From NCBI GenBank assembly GCA_963825415.1, contig CAWGTD010000009.1, positions 196,400 through 260,399 of the forward strand: a DNA stretch of 64,000 bases. Direction: 5' to 3'. Positions within the stretch are counted from its first letter, which is position 1. Each line of letters starts with the position of its first letter. Positions 57,299 to 64,000 of this stretch are shown here, in pieces. Below the pieces are notes generated by a model. It saw only the letters and a program-made list of their open reading frames with translations. It was not told the origin of the DNA and did no database searches. Both the position numbers and the translations under genes were made by a program. This DNA comes from an uncultured Actinomycetes bacterium (lineage in GTDB: Bacteria; Actinomycetota; Thermoleophilia; Solirubrobacterales; Solirubrobacteraceae).

Positions 57299-57984
57299 CG
57301 GCGATCGTCTCGGCCGCCGACGTCACCCGGCGCTACGGCGAGGGCGAGGTCGCCGTCGACGCGCTGCGGGGCGTCTCGGTCGATCTCGAGGCCGGCGGCT
57401 TCACGGCGATCATGGGGCCGTCGGGCTCCGGCAAGTCGACGCTGATGCACATCCTCGCCGGGCTCGACCGCCCGACGGCGGGAACGGTGGTGATCGACGG
57501 TGTCGACCTAGCCAGCCTCGACGACCGCCGCCTCACCGAGCTGCGCCGCGACAAGGTCGGGTTCGTCTTTCAGGCGTTCAACCTGTTGCCGGTGCTCAAC
57601 GCCGAGGAGAACATCCTTCTCCCCTTGCGCATCGCGGGGCGCTCGCCCGAGGCAGGGTGGATCGAGCGGCTGGTCGACACGATCGGGATCGGCGACCGGC
57701 TCACCCATCGGCCGTCCCAGCTCTCGGGCGGCCAGCAGCAGCGGGTCGCAATCGCCCGCGCCCTCGCCTCGCGGCCCGCGGTCGTGTTCGCCGACGAGCC
57801 GACCGGCAACCTCGACTCGGCCTCCTCGACCGAGGTCCTCGACCTGCTGCGCCGCTCGGTCGACGAGTTCAGCCAGACGGTCGTGATGGTCACCCACGAG
57901 CCGGCCGCCGCCGCGTACGCCGACCGCGTGCTCGAGATGGCCGACGGGCTGATCGTCGGCGACCGCTCTCCGGCGCCCGCATGA
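57295..57984 (+). CDS. ABC transporter ATP-binding protein (MacB/LolD-like)
   Basis: GTG 57295 forms a GTGA overlap with the regulator stop. It has Walker A (GPSGSGKST), the Q-loop, the signature LSGGQQQRVAIARAL and Walker B (VVFADEPTGNLD). Confidence 0.93.
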   Translation: MTAIVSAADVTRRYGEGEVAVDALRGVSVDLEAGGFTAIMGPSGSGKSTLMHILAGLDRPTAGTVVIDGVDLASLDDRRLTELRRDKVGFVFQAFNLLPVLNAEENILLPLRIAGRSPEAGWIERLVDTIGIGDRLTHRPSQLSGGQQQRVAIARALASRPAVVFADEPTGNLDSASSTEVLDLLRRSVDEFSQTVVMVTHEPAAAAYADRVLEMADGLIVGDRSPAPA

Positions 57985-60521
57985 TCCGCGCCGCACTGCG
58001 CGGCCTGGCAGCCCGCCGGTTGCGGCTGGTCCTCACGACGTTGGCGATCGCGCTCGGCGTGACGCTGATCGCCGGCACGTACGTGTTCACCGACACGATC
58101 AACACGGCGTTCGACCGGATCTTCAGCACCACCTACCAGCGCACCGACGCCGTCGTCACCCCGCGCCAGGACGAGGACTTGACCCAGGACCAGACGCCGT
58201 CGCTCGACGCGAGCCTGCTCGAGAAGGTGCGGCGCGTGCCTGCGATCGGCGATGCCGAAGGCGGCCTGTTCAGCCCCGGCGGCGTGGTGCTCGGCAAGGA
58301 CGGCAAGCGCGTCAGCAAGGGCGGAGCGCCCACCTTCATCGCCTCGGTGCATCGCAGCCCGCGCTTCAGCGCCGTGACCTACGCGGCGGGCCGGCCGCCG
58401 ACGAGCGCCGGCGAGCTCGCGCTGGACAACTCGACCGCCGAGCGCGCCAAGTTCCATCTCGGCGACCTCGTCTCGGTCCAGGGCGTGACCCCCAAGCGGC
58501 GCTATCGCCTGGTCGGGCTGACGAAGCTCGCGGGCGTCGACTCGTTCGGCGGTGCGGTCGTCGCGCTGTTCGTCTTGCCCGAGGCGCAGCGCATCGCGGG
58601 GAAGGTGGGCAGATTCGACGAGATCGATGCGTCGGCGCAGCGCGACATCGCCCCCGAGGAAGCGGCGCGGGCGCTGCGAGCGGCGCTGCCCCAGAACGTC
58701 ACCGTGCGCACCGGCCGCGAGCAGGCCGACGACCTGTCCTCGCAGATCCGCTCGAACATCGGTTTCCTGCGCACCGCGCTGCTGGCGTTCGCCGGCATCT
58801 CGCTGTTCGTCGGCGCGTTCATCATCTTCAACACGTTCTCGATCACGGTCGCGCAGCGAACCCGCGAGTTCGCATTGCTGCGCACGCTCGGTGCCTACCG
58901 TCGCCAGGTGATGCGCTCGGTGCTCACCGAGGGCCTGGTGCTCGGGGTCCTGGGCGCCGCGGTCGGGTTGGGGCTGGGCATCGCGCTCGCGAGCGGGCTG
59001 CGCGCCCTGTTCAAGGTCGTGGGCTTCGACGTGCCGTCGACGGGGACGGTGATCGCGACCCGGACGATCGTCGTTTCGCTGCTGGTCGGAACGCTGGTGA
59101 CGCTGTTCTCCAGCCTGCTGCCCGCGATCCGCGCCACGCGCGTACCGCCGATCGCCGCGCTGCGCGAGGGCGCGGTGCTGCCGCCCGGACGTGGCGCGCG
59201 GTGGGCGACCCCGATCGCGGTGATAGTCACCGTCCTGGGCCTGGGCCTGCTCGCCGGCGGCCTGTTCGGCGGCGCGCCGTCCGGTACCGCGCTGAGCCTG
59301 ACCGGCGGCGGCGCGGGCGCGCTGTTCCTCGGCGTCGCCCTTCTGAGCCCCCGACTCGTCCCGCCGCTGGCCTCGCTCGTCGGCCGGCCGCTCGAGCGGC
59401 TGAGCGGGATCACCGGGCGCCTGGCCCGCGAGAACGCCATCCGCCACCCGGGTCGCACGGCGGCGACCGCCGCTGCGCTGATGGTCGGCGTGGCCCTTGT
59501 GGGCTTCGCTTCGATCTTCGCGGCGAGCGCGCGCACGACGATCCGCGACGCCGTGCGCAACGGTTCGCAGGCGCAGGCGATCATCCAGAACACCGACGGC
59601 TTCTCGGCTTTCAGCCCGCTGGCGGCGAGCGCGGTCGCCAAGGTCGACGGCGTCGAGCACGTCAGCTCGATCCGCTTCAGTGGCGGGCGCACCATGGGCG
59701 ACCGCGTCAACGTCGTCGGGATCGACCCGACGACGTTCCCGGCGCTCTACACGGTCAAGTCCGGCGAGGATGTGCTGTCGGGGTTGGGACCCGGCGATAC
59801 CGCCGTCTCGGAGAAGTTCGCCGAGAAGCACGACACGAAGGTCGGCCAGGTGCTGAGCGTGCGGACGCCGCTCAGACGGACGGTGTCGCTGCGAGTGGCC
59901 GGCGAGATCGAGGACGAGGGGCACCTCACCGGCGACCTGACGGTGCCGACCTCCGAGCTGCAGCGCGACTTCAATGCGCCGCAGGACGGCGTCGTCTTCG
60001 TCGGCTTCGATCCCGGGGCCGACCGTGCGGCCGTGCGCCGCTCGATCGACTCACTGCTGAAGTCGCGCTTCCCGCAGGTCGAGGCGCTGAGCAACGACGA
60101 GTTCGTCGACCGCCAGGTCGAGCAGATCAACCAGCTGCTGTTCCTGATCTACGCGCTGTTGGCCCTGGCCGTGATCGTCTCGCTGTTCGGCATCGTCAAC
60201 ACGCTCGTGCTGTCGATCACCGAGCGCACGCGCGAGCTCGGGATGCTCCGCGCGGTCGGCACCTCGCGGCGCCAGGTCAAGCGGATGATCCGCTACGAGG
60301 CGGTGATCACGGCGCTGATCGGCGGCGTGCTGGGCGTGGCGCTCGGGGTCGTGCTCGCAGTCCTCGTCAGCCGCGTGATCGACAACTTCCACTTGACGGT
60401 GAGCGTGCCGTCGATCTTGGTGCTGCTCGTCCTGTCCGGCGTGGCGGGCGTCGGCGCCGCGGTGCTGCCGGCCCGGCGGGCGGCCCGCCTCGACGTGCTC
60501 GAGGCGCTGGCGTACGAGTAG
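57981..60521 (+). CDS. ABC transporter permease, duplicated FtsX/MacB-type (846 aa)
   Basis: ATG 57981 forms an ATGA overlap. There are two FtsX-like 4-TM modules, each preceded by a large extracytoplasmic domain (FNTFSITVAQRTREFALLRTLGA and NTLVLSITERTRELGMLRAVGT). Confidence 0.88.
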   Translation: MIRAALRGLAARRLRLVLTTLAIALGVTLIAGTYVFTDTINTAFDRIFSTTYQRTDAVVTPRQDEDLTQDQTPSLDASLLEKVRRVPAIGDAEGGLFSPGGVVLGKDGKRVSKGGAPTFIASVHRSPRFSAVTYAAGRPPTSAGELALDNSTAERAKFHLGDLVSVQGVTPKRRYRLVGLTKLAGVDSFGGAVVALFVLPEAQRIAGKVGRFDEIDASAQRDIAPEEAARALRAALPQNVTVRTGREQADDLSSQIRSNIGFLRTALLAFAGISLFVGAFIIFNTFSITVAQRTREFALLRTLGAYRRQVMRSVLTEGLVLGVLGAAVGLGLGIALASGLRALFKVVGFDVPSTGTVIATRTIVVSLLVGTLVTLFSSLLPAIRATRVPPIAALREGAVLPPGRGARWATPIAVIVTVLGLGLLAGGLFGGAPSGTALSLTGGGAGALFLGVALLSPRLVPPLASLVGRPLERLSGITGRLARENAIRHPGRTAATAAALMVGVALVGFASIFAASARTTIRDAVRNGSQAQAIIQNTDGFSAFSPLAASAVAKVDGVEHVSSIRFSGGRTMGDRVNVVGIDPTTFPALYTVKSGEDVLSGLGPGDTAVSEKFAEKHDTKVGQVLSVRTPLRRTVSLRVAGEIEDEGHLTGDLTVPTSELQRDFNAPQDGVVFVGFDPGADRAAVRRSIDSLLKSRFPQVEALSNDEFVDRQVEQINQLLFLIYALLALAVIVSLFGIVNTLVLSITERTRELGMLRAVGTSRRQVKRMIRYEAVITALIGGVLGVALGVVLAVLVSRVIDNFHLTVSVPSILVLLVLSGVAGVGAAVLPARRAARLDVLEALAYE

Positions 60522-60630
60522 GGCGCCGGCATCGCCGCAGGCCTGAATTGGCGGCGACGGGGAAGGGGTGTGGTAACCAACTTGCGCTGAGCGAAAGCCA
60601 GCGACCGCACCCCCTTGCCTCGCTGCCCGA

Positions 60631-61908
60631 TCAGGGTGGCGTGAGCGCCGGCCCCCGCCGGTAGATCGCGCCGAGCAGGCCCGCGAGCACCATCGCGGCA
60701 CCCAGGTAGCCCACCTCCGTGCGCGTGACCTGGTCCGCAAAGGGGCCCACCACCATCCAGACCACGAAGCCGGCCGCGCACGCCAGCCACGCGCCGGCGG
60801 CCGCGGCGGCCTGGCCACGCGCCAGCGCGGCCTGGTTCAGCGCCCCCGCACTGAGGTGGAAGCCCATCCCGACGGCCAGCGCCGCGAGCCCGAGGCGCTC
60901 GTAGTGATGGCCGTGGCCGAACAGCGCGTCCATCGCCCAGGGCCCGATCGCCAGCAGGCCCACCGCCACGGCGCCGGCGAACGCCGCGATCGAGAGGATC
61001 GTCACGCGGATCGCCCGGCCGACGTCGCCGCCGCCGGCGAGGTGGGGAAGCAGCGACGTCTGGATCGACTGGAACAGCTGCAGCGGTGCGCGGGTGATCA
61101 GCAGCGCGTTGAAGACGATGCCCGCCGTCGCGCTGTCGGCCGCGGCGGCCGCGGTCAGGACCGCCGCGTTGAGCAACGCCTGCTCGGCGAGCTGCACCCC
61201 GGCCACGGATAGGGCGAAGCCGCCACCCTCACGCAACGAGAGAGCCTCGCGCGGCTCGTCGGTTCCGGCGCGGTCGCCGCGGGGTGGGTGGGATCGAATC
61301 CACGGCAGCACCGCCAGCGAGGCGACGGGCGCCGCGGCGATCCCCAAGGCAACGGCGGTCTGCCCGGAGGCGATCCCGACAGCGACCGCGAGCGGAAAGC
61401 AGAACCGCGAGACGGACTCGAAGAAGACCAGGCCGCCGTAGAGCGCGAACCACTGATGCCCGGCGAACCAGCCGCGCGCGAAATAGCTCGCGGCGTAGGC
61501 CAGCGCCGCGACCACGAGCACCCAGAACAGCGTGCTCGAGCCGTCGAAGGCGTCCTCGATCCGCCCGCGCAGAGCAAGTGCCACCACGAGGAACGTCGCC
61601 GCGAAGGCGAGCTGCAGGATCGCCGGCGTGCGCAGCGGATGGCCGCCGCTCAGACCCGCGCCGCGGCGCGTGGCGATCGTGCGCGACAGGAGCTGTTCGA
61701 CCGGCCTGTAGATGACCGAGATGACGACGAACAGGACGGCCCACAGCAGGCTGATCGCGCCGTACTCCGAGCGGCCGAGCACGTGGCTGGCGACCGCGAA
61801 GTACGCGAACGTGAAGACGCCGGTCGACGCGATCCCGATCGAGAGGATCCGCGCGCCGCGGGCGAACCCGTCGCTGCGCGGCGCTGCGCTAGGCGGAGTC
61901 GTCGCCAA
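60631..61908 (-). CDS. Polysaccharide/lipid-linked oligosaccharide flippase-like membrane protein (MOP/Wzx-like)
   Basis: Intact 425-aa ORF with about 12 TM segments and no soluble domains. It sits last in an operon with a GT2 enzyme and a methyltransferase. The family call is by topology and context only. Confidence 0.5.
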   Translation of the reverse strand: MATTPPSAAPRSDGFARGARILSIGIASTGVFTFAYFAVASHVLGRSEYGAISLLWAVLFVVISVIYRPVEQLLSRTIATRRGAGLSGGHPLRTPAILQLAFAATFLVVALALRGRIEDAFDGSSTLFWVLVVAALAYAASYFARGWFAGHQWFALYGGLVFFESVSRFCFPLAVAVGIASGQTAVALGIAAAPVASLAVLPWIRSHPPRGDRAGTDEPREALSLREGGGFALSVAGVQLAEQALLNAAVLTAAAAADSATAGIVFNALLITRAPLQLFQSIQTSLLPHLAGGGDVGRAIRVTILSIAAFAGAVAVGLLAIGPWAMDALFGHGHHYERLGLAALAVGMGFHLSAGALNQAALARGQAAAAAGAWLACAAGFVVWMVVGPFADQVTRTEVGYLGAAMVLAGLLGAIYRRGPALTPP

Positions 61909-62611
61909 GGCGCACGAGCAGCATGGTCCACGGGAACGGCGACCGTGCCTCCACCACCTCGCCGTGGCGCGAGAGCAGCTCGACGAACGAGCGCTTGGAC
62001 CAGTGGTTGAGGTGCCCGGGCGTGTTGCCCAGGTCGCGCACGTACGCGCCGCGGGCGAGGTTCAGCGCGCGCCACAGCGGTTCGCGCGGCACCGAGACGA
62101 GCAGCCAGCGCTGCGCCACGCGCGCCATCTCGGCCACGGTGTGCTCGGGCTCGGGAACGTGCTCGAGGACCTCGATCGCGGTCGCCACGTCGAACTCGTC
62201 GTCGGCGAACGGCAGGTTCTCGGCCTTCATCACCATGTAGGACAGGTTCGGCGCGCTGCGCTGGGCCCACTGCTCGTGCAGGAGTGGGTCGTCGAGGTCG
62301 ATCCCGACGACCGGCCCTTCGAGCTCGGCCGCCCAGCGCTGCGTGAGCACGCCCTCGCCGCAGCCGACGTCGAGCAGCGAACGCGGCGCGGCCTGCCCGA
62401 ACAGCTCGTCGAGCGTGGCCTCGAACCTGGCCATCAGCCGGCGCACGACCGGGTTGGTCGAGCCGTACTTGTCGTAGGTGTTGCCGGTGACCGTGCCCTC
62501 ACGGTCAAGGGTTACCCCTTGCCTCCGACCGGTCGGCGCTGATTGAGACGGACGTCGGCCCTCCGGGGCCGCCGTGATCGGGGCTTCGCCCCTCTCGCCG
62601 GTACTGCTCAC
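61889..62611 (-). CDS. Class I SAM-dependent methyltransferase
   Basis: Track ORF 61889..62611 has a GTG start overlapping the GT2 stop (GTGA). It carries motif I (LLDVGCGEGVLT) and the post-I/II motifs (VVGIDLD, ATAIEVLEHVPEPE). The first ~35 aa are low-complexity, so the true start may be further in. Confidence 0.75.
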   Translation of the reverse strand: MSSTGERGEAPITAAPEGRRPSQSAPTGRRQGVTLDREGTVTGNTYDKYGSTNPVVRRLMARFEATLDELFGQAAPRSLLDVGCGEGVLTQRWAAELEGPVVGIDLDDPLLHEQWAQRSAPNLSYMVMKAENLPFADDEFDVATAIEVLEHVPEPEHTVAEMARVAQRWLLVSVPREPLWRALNLARGAYVRDLGNTPGHLNHWSKRSFVELLSRHGEVVEARSPFPWTMLLVRLGDDSA

Positions 62612-63660
62612 AGGCGCAGCGCCTCGCGCTCCTCGGTGCGCTGTGGGCCCGCATGGGCGCCCGTGGTCGCGGCCTGGCCGGTGTCGCGCGCGCCGGGCTC
62701 ATAGTGCGACGGCGGGACGCCGAGCTGGAGCTCGACGCGGCGCACGCGCTCGAAGATCCGCTGGCTCATGATCCGCTGGGCGTAGAGCAGGTCGCCCATG
62801 ATTCCCAGGGCGAACAGGACGACGGCCGCGTTGAACAACACCGCGCCGAGGATCAGCGACTGGACGTGGCCGCTGCCGTTGCCGCCGATCCATGCGACGG
62901 CGAAACGGGTCCACACGCCGACGGCGGCCAGGGCGACGACGAGCGCCGCGCCCCAGAACACGCGCAGCGGCTCGTACTGTGCGTAGATGCGGAAGATCGA
63001 CACGCTGTTGCGCCGGACGTAGGACCACATCGAGGGGAACAGCCGCGACTCGCGGGTCTGCGGGTTGGTCCGGATCGGCACGTGGTCGGTGGCGACCAGC
63101 AGCTTGCCGGCCTGGATGATCGTCTCCAGCGTGTAGGTGAAGCGCGACACCACCGCCATCTGCATGGCGGCCTCGCGGTTGTAGGCGCGGAACCCGGACG
63201 TCGTGTCGGGCACGTCGGTGTCGGAAGCCTGCCGGACCACCCACGACCCGAGCCGCTGGAGCGACTTCTTCAGCGGCGAGAAGTGGTCGATCGTCATGAC
63301 TTCGCGGTCGCCGACGACCATGTCGGCGCGGCCGGCCAGGATCGGAGCGACGAGCTTGGCGACGTCCGCGCCGTAGTACTGGTTGTCGGCGTCGGTGTTG
63401 ACGATCACGTCGGCGCCGAGCTTCAGCGCCGCGTCCATCCCGGCCTGGAACCCCGCGGCGAGGCCCTTGTTGTTCGTCAGCCGGACGATGTGGTCGACGC
63501 CGTTCTCGCGCGCGACGTCGACGGTGCGGTCGGTCGAGCCGTCGTCGATGATCAGCCACTCGACGACGTCGAAGCCCTCGACCTCGCGCGGCAGGTCGGC
63601 AAGCGTCGCGGGGAGCGCCAGCTCTTCGTTCAGGCACGGGATCTGGATGATGAGCTTCAT
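62608..63660 (-). CDS. GT2 family glycosyltransferase with C-terminal TM helices (polyprenyl-phosphate sugar synthase-like)
   Basis: ATG 63660 lies inside track ORF 62608..63867. The product has IIQIPCLNEE, LIIDDGSTDRT, NTDADNQY (DxD-type) and GFRAY, followed by two TM helices. Confidence 0.82.
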   Translation of the reverse strand: MKLIIQIPCLNEELALPATLADLPREVEGFDVVEWLIIDDGSTDRTVDVARENGVDHIVRLTNNKGLAAGFQAGMDAALKLGADVIVNTDADNQYYGADVAKLVAPILAGRADMVVGDREVMTIDHFSPLKKSLQRLGSWVVRQASDTDVPDTTSGFRAYNREAAMQMAVVSRFTYTLETIIQAGKLLVATDHVPIRTNPQTRESRLFPSMWSYVRRNSVSIFRIYAQYEPLRVFWGAALVVALAAVGVWTRFAVAWIGGNGSGHVQSLILGAVLFNAAVVLFALGIMGDLLYAQRIMSQRIFERVRRVELQLGVPPSHYEPGARDTGQAATTGAHAGPQRTEEREALRL

Positions 63661-63696
63661 GAGCCGCGAGACGCGGCCAGTACGGTACCGCCCCGC

Positions 63697-64000
63697 ATGC
63701 GATGGCCCCGCATCCTGCTTGCCGTTCTGGCACTCGGAACTTTGGTCGGGTTCTTCGTCTTTCCCACCTATCCGAACTACGACAGCCTGTACTCGCTGAT
63801 CTGGGGCCGGGAGATCCTGCACGGCCACACTCCGTCGTTCGTCACCTACCGGGCGCCCACCGAGCACCCGCTGGCGATCGCGTTCGGCGCCTTGCTCTCG
63901 CCGCTCGGGACCGGGGCGGACCGCGTGATGGTGGGCGCCACGCTCGTCTCGTTCGTGGCGCTCGCGGCCGGCCTCTACCGGCTGGCCGCGGCTGCGTTCA
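63697..64000 (+). CDS. Integral membrane protein, possible GT-C fold (ArnT/PMT-like) glycosyltransferase; 3' end outside the window
   Basis: The frame is open from ATG 63697 to the window end; it is absent from the ORF track because it has no stop. The product reads MRWPRILLAVLALGTLVGFFVFPTYPNYDSLYSLIWGREILHG..HPLAIAFGALL. It is divergent from the GT2 operon. Confidence 0.4.
   Translation, partial: MRWPRILLAVLALGTLVGFFVFPTYPNYDSLYSLIWGREILHGHTPSFVTYRAPTEHPLAIAFGALLSPLGTGADRVMVGATLVSFVALAAGLYRLAAAAF

Noticed and set aside
60577-60628. Possible third, partial copy of the repeat arm (ACTTGCGCTGAGCGAAAGCCAGCGACCGCACCCCCTTGCCTCGCTGCCC) between the ABC permease and the flippase gene. A CCCCTTGCCTC echo occurs at 62515-62530.
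   Set aside because: Similarity to the arms at 27.6 and 53.9 kb is patchy and could be chance in GC-rich DNA. A computed alignment is needed before calling it.
1-64000. Scanned for CRISPR arrays, rRNA and tRNA genes, transposases, integrases, phage genes and toxin-antitoxin or defence-system genes.
   Set aside because: I saw no regularly spaced direct repeats, no cloverleaf-like or rRNA-like conserved stretches, and no ORF with recognisable transposase, integrase or defence-protein motifs. A by-eye scan can miss small RNAs, so tRNAscan-SE and Infernal should confirm.

Overview
This is a very GC-rich chromosomal segment (roughly 70% G+C by eye) that looks like a deep-branching actinobacterium, and it is almost entirely housekeeping. 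All calls come from reading the six-frame translations and the DNA by eye; no searches were run.

Gene content, left to right:
- A dcw cell-wall and division cluster: ftsI (3' end), murE, murF, mraY, murD, ftsW, murG, murC, an inverted murB, ftsQ and ftsZ. There is no ftsA.
- A secreted S8 protease.
- gcvT-gcvH-gcvPA-gcvPB.
- A small accessory stretch: a DUF1360 protein, two secreted lactonase-like beta-propeller paralogues, a long PLP decarboxylase-like gene and a secreted hypothetical protein.
- trpS, scpA, scpB.
- A membrane-fused molybdopterin oxidoreductase, clpP, and an SRPBCC-ArsR pair.
- rlmN and a pseudouridine synthase.
- An aromatic amino acid cluster: aroH, a hisC-like gene, aroF, tyrA and aroA, interrupted by a secreted alpha/beta hydrolase.
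- A giant LmbE/PIG-L family gene with a cNMP-binding tail.
- A compact bshA / short bshC-like / bshB operon.
- An MFS transporter, cmk, der, metK, a bPH_2 membrane protein, priA, def, fmt, rsmB, a small zinc-ribbon gene and rpe.
- Two response regulators followed by a MacB-type ABC transporter.
- An envelope glycosylation cluster: a GT2 enzyme, a methyltransferase, a flippase-like protein and a divergent GT-C-like gene.

I recognised no rRNA, tRNA, CRISPR array, transposase or phage gene.

Most noteworthy:
1. The bacillithiol-type three-gene operon, with a truncated BshC-like protein, and the adjacent giant LmbE/cNMP gene.
2. A family of long imperfect palindromic repeats that fills the two largest intergenic regions (27.4-27.85 kb and 53.6-54.2 kb).
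3. At least 26 reading-frame breaks, all located in the first 42 kb. They hit essential genes (murE, murF, murD, ftsW, murC) and cluster heavily in two accessory genes. I read this as regionally poor sequence quality rather than biology, but it needs checking.

I did not find a convincing wholly novel multi-gene system.
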